Assembly: GCA_965644265.1 (NCBI GenBank)
Contig: OZ286462.1
Coordinates: forward strand, 38,688,001 to 38,752,000
DNA from: Glycera tridactyla
Taxonomy: Eukaryota
Length of the DNA stretch: 64,000 bases
Direction of reading: 5' to 3'
Shown here: piece by piece, positions 39,662 to 52,282 of the stretch
Layout: each line of letters begins with the position of its first letter
Numbering within the stretch: position 1 is the stretch's first letter
Translations under genes and position numbers: made by a program
Notes under the pieces: model-generated
Databases searched by the model: none
The model's input: only the letters and a program-made list of their open reading frames with translations
Told to the model about the DNA's origin: nothing

Positions 39662-40931
39662 TGACCCCATTGCAAATTGGCATCACTGCCAGTGTCAACA
39701 GCCCCACATCAAATGGTTTGTATTAAAGCATAACTAATATAAATGCAATAGCCAGGAGCTGATGAATGATATCCAACCTGGGAATTGTTTTTGGATTCAA
39801 TATTCTGACATGGATTATGGGAAATTCTTTTGATTCGAACTTGTTAGAACATGTCTAAAGCAGGGTGATGACCTAACAGCCTAAGTGCCCAAGGTGAATC
39901 ATTGATGTTTTTAAAGACTGTTTCCGAGAATGCATTTCTCACAGAATGGTTTGGTCACGCCTTTTCTAAGTAAGTGCGGGCAGTGACCTCTCACCATAAG
40001 AGCGGTGAAGAATTGATAGGACCCATCCTATGGCATGCCATCGAATAATTTCTTATAAAATGTATGAAAATGTATAAGAGCAGAGGGTAAAATTTTGCTG
40101 CTGTGGATTAGTGCTCAGACTCTGTTGCTAACGTGATGATCAATTAATCAGACTCATTAGCGATTAATTATCGACAAAATACATGTAATAGGAGTTAGGC
40201 CTCACCTGGCTGACCTCACAATGCTGAAGATTTGCGATGAGGTCATAACTTTTTACCCATATTTATGGGTAATAACCTTTTTGACAAATCATCAAACTTG
40301 CAAATAATGTTCTTGTACTGTCTATTACACTTCTACATTTGCTTTTCCTGTACTTTGTCAGCTTGGTGAAATTTCTGCACCAAATTTGGAGGTTCCCATT
40401 ATGACGCATATATGCTGATGTTAATGAGATCATCTAAAGTTATTCCATAAAAGTACAAAGATCCTGAAGATTTTGATCGATTATTAATTTTTGCGATCAT
40501 TTAATCGAATTGGACCTCTCAACAATGCAATAATGGATTTAATCGGGTAATGGTCGGAGCACTACTGTGGATGGTTAAGGTGGAGGAGTGGTTGTATGCA
40601 GTGAGCAGACAGTTTGGGGAGGGCAGCATTATATCCCGCTCTGAAAGAAAGGTGTTTGATGTTTTGTAAAGCACTTGGGATGAGCAAGAAAAGGCTTTCT
40701 GTTGAGCCATGACTGAAATAGCAAGCTGCGTGTGGCAGTTTGTGCACCAGTGTTTGCAATGGATGTGGGTGGTCGCCCCCACAGTTCTCTAAGAAATGCA
40801 TGCTGAGATCAACCAAAGAGATCTCTCACGTAAGCTGTCATCTCCAAAGAATGGACCTATCTGTGAATTCCTGAACCTCATACCTCCCAAAATATTATTC
40901 CCAACCACACCTCTAACATGCTCAGCTCATA

Positions 40932-41107
40932 CAATGAGACCTGTGACAAGAGACCCCCCTGACGAGAGAGCACCTCTGACGGGAGACCATTTTTCCGGGG
41001 CCGCTTTCCTATCAGACATAGTTGAGTATACCTCCGATGAGACTACCCCTTTTGAGAGATGACATTTTGGTGACCTATAGGGTGGTCTCTCATTGAAGAT
41101 TTCACGG
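40932..41107. mobile_element. Tc1/mariner-type MITE (CAGTGAAACCTGT family)
   Basis: TA|CAATGAGACCTGTGACAAGAGACC ... GGTCTCTCATTGAAGATTTCACGG|TA; internally similar to 47801-47978. Confidence 0.7.
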
Positions 41108-41303
41108 TAGTAACTATCTACATGCATCATCATATTTCAAATTAGATGTCCCATGGAAAATCATCTTCATCAAATATTGAATTCCAAATATGTACTGCAC
41201 GATCATAACTATATAAACCAGCGCAAATACTCTGGTTTTTTCTCCGGATTGCCACCAACCAGTCCATGATTTTGGAGTCTGTCATAGAATGCTATATAGC
41301 ACA

Positions 41304-43489
41304 ACAAGGCCACAGAGAGGCAAGATACCCCACACACGGGAGCACAGTGGGTAACCCATATCGCACATGGGAGCACAGTGGGTAACCCATATCAGAAAAG
41401 GTCACTGAGATTTTTGGTTGGCTATGTAATAAGTCACTGGATCATTGTGTAGGATGTGAAAATCTAACAGTAGCATCTGAAACCTTCACCTCGAACTATG
41501 ACTTGGGGTCACATGCATTGTAGGGGATATGTTGTAACATTGCTTGATCATCCCAGATCAGTCTGATCTTTATCCAACGATGCTAGCCTGAGTTATTGTG
41601 TGAGATGCAGAAATTTAAAAATAGCTCCTGTGGCCTTGACCTTTGACTCAGGGTCAGATGCATCGAAAAGGAGATATCTCACTATTGGGTCATTACTTTG
41701 TGGAACTTTGGTGCATATTGATAAATGCTAGCTTTAGTTGGAGTGTAAAATAATAAATTCTATAAATAGCTCCTGTGAGCTTGATCTTGACCTTTGATCC
41801 AGGCTCACATGCATCGATAAGGAAGTGGCCTACCATTAGGTCATTAATTTGTGTGATTTTGGTGAATATCCATCAAAGCTAGATTGAGTTAGAGTGTAAA
41901 ATGATAAAATCTATAAATAGCTCCTGTGACCTTGACCTATTACCTTGGGTCACATGCATCGAAAGGGAGGTGGCCAACCATTGGGTCATTACTTTGTGTG
42001 AATAAGGTACATATATCCATCAATGCTAGCTTGAGTTGGAGTGTAAAATGGGGAAATCTATAAATTGCTCCTGTGACCTTGACCTTTGATCTGGGGTCAC
42101 ATGCTTTGAAAGGGAGATGGCCTACCATCAGGTCATGACGTTTTGTGAGTTTGGTGCATATCCATCGTAGCTTGCTTGAGTTAAAGTGTTAAATGAGAAA
42201 ATTTATAAATAGCTCCTGTGACCTAGACCTTGGACCCAGGGTCACATGCATCAAACGAGAGGTGGCCTATCATTGGCTCATTACTTTGTGGCTCATCACT
42301 TTGTGTAAGTTTGGTGCATATCCATCAAAGCTAGCTTGAGTTAGAGTGTAAAATAAGAAAATCTATGAATAGCTTCTGTGACCTTGACCTCGGGTCATAT
42401 GTAAAGAAAGGAAGGTGGCGCATCATTGGGTCATTACTTTGTGTAAGGTTGCTGCAGATCCGTCGAGGCTAGCTTGAGTTAGAGTGTAAAATAAGAAAAT
42501 CTATAGATAGCTCCTGTGACCTTGACCTATTACCTTGGGTCACATGCATCGAAAGGGAGGTGGCCAACCATTGGGTCATTACTTTGTGTGAATAAGGTAC
42601 ATATCCATCAATGCTAGCTTGAGTTGGAGTGTAAAATGGGGAAATCTATAAATAGCACCTGTGACCTTAACCTTTGATCTGGGGTCACATGCTTTGAAAG
42701 GGAGATGGCCTACCATCAGGTCATGACGTTTTGTGAGTTTGGTGCATATCCATCGTAGCTTGCTTGAGTTGAAGTGTTAAATGAGAAAATCTATAAATAG
42801 CTCCTGTGACCTAGACCTTCGACCCAGGGTCACATGCATCAAATGAGAGGTGGCCTATCATTGGCTCATCACTTTGTGGCTCATCACTTTGTGTAAGTTT
42901 GGTGCATATCCATCAAAGCTAGCTTGAGTTAGAGTGTAAAATAAGAAAATCTATGAATAGCTTCTGTGACCTTGACCTCTGACCTCGGGTCATATGCAAA
43001 GAAAGGAAGGTGGCGCATCATTGGGTCATTACTTTGTGTAAGGTTGTTGCAGATCGGTCGAGGCTAGCTTGAGTTAGAGTGTAAAATAAGAAAATCTATA
43101 AATAGCTCCTGTGACCTTGACCTTTGACTTGGGGTCACATGCATCAAAAGGGAGGTGGCCCACGGTGATGAGGTACTTGGGGTCGGTGTGGAGTAAGAGG
43201 AAGAGATGGTGGGCGCGGGGGAACCAGGACAGGTAGGTTGGAGGAGGGGTGGGGGCTAGGGGGAATGGGGGCTGGGATGGGGGAGATGGGGCAGGAATGG
43301 GGGGTGGGGGAGGGGGGGTGGGGGTCTGGGTGGAGTATCTTTACATAGATCACAGTTATGAAGTTTTATGAAAATTGGACCAGCCAATTCAAAGTTATTG
43401 CATGAAATGTGAGAGTACGGACGGACGGACGGACGGACGTCGGAGGTCAAACTATAATACCCTGCTTTTTCAAGAGCGGGGTATAAAAA
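41304..43489 (-). mobile_element. HINE family A copy 2 (diverged; 4-monomer higher-order repeat; G-rich tract)
   Basis: Same termini as 6019-8185; ~10-11 monomers; block 41900-42490 duplicated at 42490-43085; G-run tract 43165-43333; (GACG)n at ~43417-43440. Confidence 0.88.
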
Positions 43490-43621
43490 TTGAGAATTCA
43501 TCTCTTCCTTACTGAGTAGCGGGTCACATGCAATTTGAATGACTGAATGCAGAAATGTAAGGAAGAATGGATGGGTGGACAGATGGACCGATGGATGGAC
43601 ATGCAATGGTTGAAACACTAT

Positions 43622-46498
43622 GCTCATTGCCTTCAGAAGCTGTGTGCTCATTTAGCCATTGGTCCATCCATACTCCTGTCACAATCTTCAGCTCAACCTC
43701 ATGGAAAAGAAAAACCCAATGTTAATCTATGCTCATAATGCATTATTCTATAGTTATTTGGTATTTTGAGCTGGTGAAAAACTGAGAGACTTGAGAAACA
43801 TCAAAATTTGAATCATCCCATTTGAACGATGTTCAAATTTCTATAGTCAAATCATGCCAGTACTGCATCTGAGCTGTAACTCTTTATCTAGCCACCAAAT
43901 ACTTGCAAGATAGAGTGGATATTACAGGACTGGGAAATGGAATGAAGACCTAAATACCACATCTTGTCCAATTGCATCTTGTCATCATTGAATACATGTG
44001 AGCAAGAGTTGCCCAGTGCATGTCATTAGTACCACACCCTGAAGGAAGAGTCATTGTAGTGTGATAATGACCCCCTGGTGAGTGTATCCCACCTGATCAT
44101 ATAGCCAACTATCCTTCTTCTCCCCAGACACGAGTCATCACTAAACCCTTGAATAGTGCCCCTTAGGCATGTAAATGAATTGTCAAGCACAAAACATCTA
44201 TCTGAATGACCGAATCAGGAGATCTACTATCGGCCCACTGTTGAAACAGTGGAACCTGTGATGAGAGACCCTCTGATGAGAGACCACTTTTCTAAAGCCT
44301 CTGCTGGTCATACTCAAATATACCTCTGATGGGAGACCATCTGTTTTGTGGAACCAAATTTTGGTACATTCATGATGGTCTCACACTGCAAGTTTTACTC
44401 TCTACAGACAGAAATACTATCAGTCCTGCTTCTATGATTGACCTTCTTCGAACTACTCACCCAGGATTGATTAAGAATGCAGAAAGATTAGCTCAAAAAT
44501 TCTTTCATATTCAGTCAGGGATATGACAACTCTTCATCCATGATTTTCACCTAAATTTTCCAGCGGGAACTCCAATTATTTCTATTTCTGCACTCTGAAC
44601 CCCAGTCTCACAATGTCTGTCTGTCTGTCTGTCCATGCATTCATAATTCTGTCTGGTGATATGCAGATGCATTGCTGAATGATGAAGCAGAATGCATTAT
44701 CAACATACTGGGTACAGAGCTCATTGGCTGATTCTCATCATTTTGGGATTCTGTGATGGAAAATCTCATATTGTGTCCAATTTTGTGGGTCAGTCATATA
44801 TTGTTCATGTCATTCATCTAATCAGCTGCATACAAGTAGATTATTTTCATTGTTGCAATTCTTCAACGATTGACTGAGGTCTAAGTTCAAATATGGTATG
44901 TATGACTATCTTTCCATCATTGCTATTTGCAGCATTTTTGATATGACACTTGTTGAAATAATGTCTCTACAGATATGATGGTGGGCAATTGCTATCTTCA
45001 TTATGTCCACCTGTACATTCGACCTCCACAAGGGTCACTGATTAAACAGCTCATTGCCTTCAGAAGCTGTGTGCTCATTTAGCCATTGGTCCATCCATAC
45101 TCCTGTCACAATCTTCAGCTCAACCTCATGGAAAAGAAAAACCCAATGTTAATCTTTGCTCATAATGCATTATTCTATAGTTATTTGGTATTTTGAGCTG
45201 GTGAAAAACTGAGAGACTTGAGAAACATTAAAATTTGAATCATCCCATTTGAACGATGTTCAAATTTCTATAGTCAAATCATGCCAGTACTGCATCTGAG
45301 CTGTAACTCTTTATCTAGCCACCAAATACTTGCAAGATAGAGTGGATATTACAGGACTGGGAAATGGAATGAAGACCTAAATACCACATCTTGTCCAATT
45401 GCATCTTGTCATCATTGAATACATGTGAGCAAGAGTTGCCCAGTGCATGTCATTAGTACCACACCCTGAAGGAAGAGTCATTGTAGTGTGATAATGACCC
45501 CCTGGTGAGTGTATCCCACCTGATCATATAGCCAACTATCCTTCTTCTCCCCAGACACGAGTCATCACTAAACCCTTGAATAGTGCCCCTTAGGCATGTA
45601 AATGAATTGTCAAGCACAAAACATCTATCTGAATGACCAAATCAGGAGATCTACTATCGGCCCACTGTTGAAACAGTGGAACCTGTGATGAGAGACCCTC
45701 TGATGAGAGACCACTTTTCTAAAGCCTCTGCTGGTCATACTCAAATATACCTCTGATGGGAGACCATCTGTTTTGTGGAACCAAATTTTGGTACATTCAT
45801 AATGGTCTCACACTGCAAGTTTTACTCTCTACAGACAGAAATACTATCAGTCCTGCTTCTATGATTGACGTTCTTCAAACTACTCACCCAGGATTGATTA
45901 AGAATGCAGAAAGATTGGCTCAAAAATTCTTTCATATTCAGTCAGGGATATGACCACTCTTCATCCATGATTTTCACCCAAATTTTCCAGCGGGAACTCC
46001 AATTATTATTATGTCTGCACTCTGAACCCCAGTCTCATAATGTCTGTCTGTCTGTCTGTCTGTCCATGCATTCATAATTCTGTCTGGTGATATGCAGATG
46101 CAATACTGAATGATGAAGCAGAATGCATTATCAACATACTGGGTACAGAAATCATTGGCTAATTCTCATCATTTTGGGATTCTGTGATGGGAAATCTCAT
46201 ATTGTGTCCAATTTTGTGAGTCAGTCATATATTGTTCATGTCATTCATCTAATCATCTGTATACAAGTAGATTATTTTCATTGTTGCAATTCTTCAATGA
46301 TTGAGTGAGGTCTAAGTTGCCTGAGGTCTAAGTTCAAATATGGTAGGTATGACTATCTTTCCATCATTGCTATTTGCAGCACTGGTAATGTGACACTTGT
46401 TGAAATAATATCTCTCCGGATATGATGGTGGGCAATTGCTATCTTCATTATGTCCACCTGTACATTCGACCACCACAAGGGCCACTGGTTCATCAGCA
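43622..46498. repeat. Direct tandem duplication, 2 x ~1.43-1.45 kb
   Basis: Unit A 43622-45048 and unit B 45049-~46498, both starting GCTCATTGCCTTCAGAAGCTGTG; each carries a MITE (44247-44400, 45674-45827) and a (GTCT)n tract. Confidence 0.95.
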
Positions 46499-46688
46499 AC
46501 TGCAGTTAACAAATCATTATGACTACAATTTGTCCAATGTTTTTCTGCTTATGCCACCTCCTGTTCTAACTCAGATCAAGAACATGAAACCTTGTCAGGC
46601 TTTCTAGCAGTATTTATGACCAATAATAATGACGGATTTAGGAAATAAAAGCAAAAGAAATTATGGATCTTGGGATAGAAGTACTCAC

Positions 46689-46763
46689 GGTGATATGGTG
46701 AAAGTTAGAGAAGCTTTCAGGTGATTCCATCTGGTCCCTTTCTTCAGCTCTATGGCAAATGCG
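46689..46763 (-). CDS. Candidate exon (75 nt), unknown protein
   Basis: Strong acceptor CCACACTTCTACAG and donor GTGAGTAC; open frames RICHRAEERDQMESPESFSNFHHIT or AFAIELKKGTRWNHLKASLTFTIS. Confidence 0.35.
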
Positions 46764-46894
46764 CTGTAGAAGTGTGGTCACATGATCTTGCAGTGAGGGA
46801 ACGATCACGTGACAGGTGGAAAATCTCCCAGGTGGAAAATTAAGGATCTTTGCTCAAATCTCGAAGGTAGTCCGGCAGTGAAGAGGCCATTTTT

Positions 46895-48554
46895 GGCCTA
46901 ACCCAAAATTCTCTGATAAGGTTTTTTTCTTTGTTGATAATTCATGTCTAGGACCCATATAGACATATCCAGGTAGGTGTGAACTTCTCACCAAAGGGAA
47001 ATTTGAAATATGAGCAAATTCAAAATGGCTGCCGATCGATTAATAAGTTTCCACATGAAAGGCAATTGGATCTTCATTTGAATGATATAACCCTCATTTC
47101 TAAGTTGAGTTATTCATGAATGATAATTGAGGTAATTTTGAGTTACTTTGGTGAGCAGAGGAGTCCAAAATGGCCGCCTCAAAAATCAAGATGGCCGCCA
47201 AATGAGACATTTCTTCAATGAAATCAGAACAGGTGTACAGCCTGAAATTTTTGGATATAGCTTTTTCTCTGCTGATAATTCATGTCTGGGACCCATATAG
47301 ACATGCCCAGGTGAGTCTAAAATTCTCACCCTTGGGCAATTAGAAATATGTGCAGATTCAAAATGGCCACCAATCAAATGATCAAGATATGCATACAAAG
47401 GGTGATATGGTCTCTAATACCTTCATTTGAACGATATTACCCCCATTTTCAATGATAAATTGTTCATAAATGATAACGGAGAGTTTTAGTTAATTTGATG
47501 AAATAGAAAATTCAAAATGGCTGCCTCAAAATTCAAAATGGCCGCCAATTAGAATTTTACGGGTGTCATTTTGATTTCTGACATTAGCACCTGCCCCGAT
47601 GGCTAAAACTGGTGTGAATGATCATTTGCAGAGAATTTCACATGAGAGATTAGAATGCTGGTATCAAAATTGTGGATGCACCTGCTCTTATATCCAATTT
47701 TGGTCAAGTAATTCCCTAATTTTGAGGCAGCCATTTTGATTTTCCACTTCATCAAAATAACTCAAAATAACTTGAATTATCATTAATGAATAACCTATTA
47801 CAGTGAAACCTGTCTTGGGAGACCCCTCTTTTGGGAGATCACCCTCTAATGGGAGACCGCTCTTCATCGGCTCTTCTCTATCTGACATAGTCAAATATAC
47901 CTCCAATGAGAGACCAACTGTCTTGAGAAACCACTTTTCGTTGGCGTTTGGGGCGGTCTCCCAAGACAGGTTTTACTGTATCATGAAATAAGGGTGAGGT
48001 CATTCTAATGAAGTCCCCAGAAGCCATATTACCCTTCATATGGAAGTCTTGATCATTTGATTTGTGGCCATTTTGAATTTGTACCTTTTTCAAATTGCCC
48101 AAGGGTGAGAATTTCAGACCCACCTGGGTATGTCTATATGGGTCTCAGACATGAATGTCCAGCAGAGAGAAAAACTATATCCAAGAATTTTAGGTTGTAT
48201 ACCTGTTTTGATTTTGTTGAGGAAATGTCTTATTTGCCGGCCATTCTGATTTTTGAGGCGGCCATTTCGAATTTCACTGCTTACCAAAGTAACTCAAAAT
48301 TATCTCAATCATCATTTGTGCATATCTCAAGATTAAAAAGAAAAGGGTTATACCATTCAAATGCAGACCCAATAGGCCATATTGCCTTTCTTATGGGATC
48401 TTGATCATTCAATTGGCGGCCATTTTGAATTTACTCATATTTTAAAATGCCCAAGGGTGAGAAGTTCACACCCACCTGGATACGTCTATATGGGCCCAAG
48501 ACATGAATAATCAGCAGAGAAAAAAAACTATATCAGAGAATTTTGGGTTAGGCC
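46895..48554. mobile_element. Foldback-type DNA element with long modular inverted arms
   Basis: Termini GGCCTAACCCAAAATTCTCTGATA / TATCAGAGAATTTTGGGTTAGGCC (24 bp perfect); each arm holds two ~330-bp modules; short central spacer; no ORF; no TSD found. Confidence 0.85.
47801..47978. mobile_element. Tc1/mariner-type MITE nested in the foldback element
   Basis: TA|CAGTGAAACCTGTCTTGGGAGACC ... GGTCTCCCAAGACAGGTTTTACTG|TA (24-bp TIR, 1 mismatch). Confidence 0.92.
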
Positions 48555-48839
48555 CCTGTTCTGCCAGACTAAGGCTGCATGGAACCAAATGTGTTGATAT
48601 TGCATGTGCTCTGAGAACTGTTGCAAGCAGATCAGCTACAGACAGCATGACAAACCTACCATCACCTGGCAGATATTGAGTTCTCATCAAAGATGTATGA
48701 CATGCTAATAAGAAATCAACACTGCAGGAGATACATTTATTGAGTCTGCTAGAGAAGAATGAAATGAATATATTGAGAGCAGACAAGTATGACAACATTT
48801 TTCACTGTGAATCAATATAGCCGTATCAGGAAAGTCATA

Positions 48840-48979
48840 TAGTGAATGCAGTCTCTCAAGAGTGGTGATCTTTCGTCAGAGGTATATATGACCATCTCAA
48901 ATAGAAAAGCTGCCCTGGAAAAGTGGTCTCCCATTGGAGGTGGTCTCTTGTCGAGGGTCTCCCATCGCAGGTTTCACTA
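48840..48979. mobile_element. Tc1/mariner-type MITE (CAGTGAAACCTGT family), reverse orientation, degenerate
   Basis: Ends GCAGGTTTCACTA; interior is the reverse complement of the 40932-41107 type. Confidence 0.6.
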
Positions 48980-50324
48980 TATGTACAATACATTGAAGTT
49001 ACTGATGGGATTCTGCTTCATATGGCTTCAAAAAGGCTTCTTCAAATAAGGTGGTGCATCATCAGAGATACATTTGACTATATTAAACCCTCTCTGATGG
49101 TTGAAAGATAATACGTCTTATTGCACCCCATGACCACTGAGTTATTTTGATTAGTATGACTCCAGGGGGAAAATAAAGCCAGATTAGATGATATGGCATT
49201 GAGAGTCCAGCAATTACATGAACTGAAAGCTCTTTCCTGAAATGGCACATCTGTCTGAGCGTCAATAGCCAAAATGATTCTATGCAATTAGTCTGGCCAT
49301 TACCTAATCATCGACCATGATCTATAATGAGGTAAGAACAAATTGGTTGTCTCATCCTTTACATCAAGTAAATGATTCAGTATTTAAATCAGCAGATCAA
49401 ATATAGTCAAACCTGTGATAAAGTCTTCCTCATATAACAAGCAATAGTGGTTTCACAAGACAGGTGTATTTGACTATTACCAAAATATACAAGGTTTTCA
49501 TTACAGGCCTGTTGAGGCAAGTGGGCTGTTGTCACTGATCCCGCTGCACAGACAGTCACCATACTCCCTCTGACACGGATATTGCAAGACTGGAGGCTTG
49601 TTCTCTCTGCCCCTTCAAAGTGAGTAAATCAACTCAATTCATGACAGAGTATGTGCCTTAGTAGCACAAATTTCTTGATATATCCCACAGGCATATATTA
49701 CTACATCCTGTTCATCAAATGCAAAACTCAGCCTTCATAACTCAGCAGGGGCAAGCAAGGTTCCCTTTTGGTGAGGAGAATATTCTCATTTGCTTTTGAT
49801 TCCCTAGAGATGTGAAGTGTGTTTGAGGCACACTTAGGTCTCTGATATGAGGTAATGAGTACGATAAATTTGACAGTAAGAGAGTGAACCCGAAATCTTT
49901 ATCTTAACAGGCATAAGCTCACACAAGATACTTGTCAAATCAGCAATGCAAAAATACCTTGATCAGGTATAGGCCTTGTTACCTCAGTAACCAAGCATGG
50001 TCAACTAAGCAAACTGACCCCCTCATTATCTATATCATGAAATACTGAATAAAACTAGATGCACTCAGTCAGTATGAATCCCCTGCTGAGTGCATGCTTG
50101 TCACGGGAAGAGTAAAGGAGAGAAGTGCAATATATGAACACTCAATGAATTTGGAAGTCTGGATGGCCACCACAGAATCTTTGAATGCCTCGCCGTTGCC
50201 TAGGTGAGTCTGTACACCAAGTCTGAGAAGGCTAGACCTGACGCTAATGAAGTTGTTGTGTGGAAACTGTTGTAACTTTTTTGCACTCAGTGACCTTGAA
50301 ATTCATGTTGACTGCTTCAAATCA

Positions 50325-52179
50325 ACAAGGCCACAGAGGGGCAATATACCCCGCACACGGGAGCATAGTGGGTAACCCATATCGCACACTGGAGCACAGT
50401 GGGTAACCCATATCGGAAAAAGGTCATTGAGATGTTTGGTTGGCTATGTAATAAGTCACTGGATCACTGTGTTGAATAAGAAAATCTAATACATATGCAG
50501 TAGCACCTAAAACATTCACCTTGACCTATGACTTAGGGTCACATGCATTGTAAGGGAGATGTTGTAACATTGCTTGATCATCCCAGATCAGTTTGATCTT
50601 CATCCAACAATGCTAGCCTGAGTTATTGTGTGGGATGCGGAAATAGCTCCTATGGCCTTGACCTTTGACGCAGGGTCCCATGCATCAAATGGGAGATATC
50701 TCACCATTGGGTCTTTACGTTGTGAAACTTCGGTGCATATCGATCAATGCAAGCTTGAGCTGGAGTGTGAAATGAGAAAATTTATGAATAGTTCCTGTGA
50801 CCTTGACCCTTGACCTGGGGTCACATGCATCGAAAGGAAGGTGGCCTACCATTAGGTCATTACTTTGTGTAGGATTGGTGCATATCCATCAAAGCTCGCT
50901 TGAGTTAGAGTGTGAAATGGGAAAATCTATAAATAGCTCCTGTGACCTTGACCTTTGACCTGGGGTCACATGCATCGGAAGGCAGGTGGCCTACCATTAG
51001 GTCATCACTTTGTGTAAGTTTGGTGCATATCCATCAAAGCTCGCTTGAGTTAGAGCGTAAAATGGGAAAATCTATAAATAGCTCCTGTGACCTCGACCTT
51101 TGACCTGGGGTCACATGCATGGGAAGGGAGGTGGCCTACCATTAGGTCATTACTTTGTGTAAGTTTGGTGCATATCCATCAGAGCTGGCTTGAATTAGAG
51201 TGTAAAATGGGAAAATCTATAAATAGCTCCTGTGACCTTGACCTTTGATCTGAGGTCACATGCATCGGAAGGGAGGTGGCCTGCCATAGGTCATTACTTT
51301 GTGAGAGTTTGGTGCATATCCATCAAAGCTCGCTTGAGTTAGAGAGTAAAATGGGGAAATCTATAAATAGCTCCTGTGACCTTGACCGTTGACCTGGGGT
51401 CACATGCATCGAAAGGGAGGTGGCCTACCATCAGGTCATTACTTTGTGTGAGTTTGGTGCATATCCATAGAAGCTCGCTTGAGTTAGAGTGTAAAATGGG
51501 AAAAACTATAAATAGCTCCTGTGACCTTGACCTTTGACCTGGGGTCACATGCATCGAAAGGGAGGTGGCCCACCATCAGGTCATTACTTTGTGTGAGTTT
51601 GGTGCATATCCATCGAAGCTCGCTTGAGTTAGAGTGTAAAATAAGAAAATTTATAAATAGCTCCTGTGACCTTGACCTTTGAGCTGGGGGTCACAAGCAT
51701 CTGAAGGGAGGTGGCCTACCATCAGGTCATTACTTTGTGTCAGTTTGGTGCATATCCATTGAAGCTCGCTTGAGTTAGAGTGTAAAATGGGAAAATCTAT
51801 AAATAGCTCCTGTGACCTTGACCTTTGAACTAGGGTCACACGCATCGAAAGGGAGGTGGCCCAACATTGGGTCATTACTTTGTGTAAGTTTGGTGCATAT
51901 CCATTCAGGCTAACTTGAGTTAGAGTGTAAAATACGAAAATCTATAAATAGCTTCTGTGACTTTGACCTTCGACCTTTGGGTACGAAAATCAAATTCTCG
52001 AATGCGATTTTTTCATAGATCACAGTTATGAAGTTTTATGAAAATTGGACCAGCCAATCCAAAGTTATTGCATGAAATGTGAGCGGACGGACGGACGGAC
52101 GGATGGACGGACGGACGTACTACGGACGCCGGAGGTGAAACTATAATACACCGCTTTTTTCAAAAGCGGGGTATAAAAA
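50325..52179 (-). mobile_element. HINE family A copy 3, ~10 x 145-bp monomers
   Basis: First ~470 bp nearly identical to 6019-6500; same termini; (GACG)n at ~52085-52115; flanks differ from copies 1 and 2. Confidence 0.9.
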
Positions 52180-52198
52180 GTGTCTTACCATAGTTCAG

Positions 52199-52282
52199 GA
52201 GAGGCTGAACACCATATACAAGAAGGCTAGCCCTGAAAGATTTCGGGTTACCATCCGGAAACCATCATTCACCCACACTGAG
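52199..52282 (+). CDS. Weak candidate exon (84 nt)
   Basis: Acceptor TCTTACCATAGTTCAG, weak donor GAG|GTTGAT; open frame ERLNTIYKKASPERFRVTIRKPSFTHTE. Confidence 0.18.

Noticed and set aside
43144-43651. Proline-rich ORFs on the minus strand
   Set aside because: Translations of the G-run tract and HINE end.
11380-48660. GPCR-like fragments (MISLDRLLAI ~11400, LVFVAFERCNCILYP ~12990, FVMLSVADLL ~48640; all minus strand)
   Set aside because: Short scattered matches with stop-rich or non-GPCR context; they cannot be assembled into a 7TM order with plausible exons.
49507-49619. Segment with strong acceptor and GTGAGT donor
   Set aside because: Stops in all three frames and the acceptor lies in a MITE relic; at most a non-coding exon.
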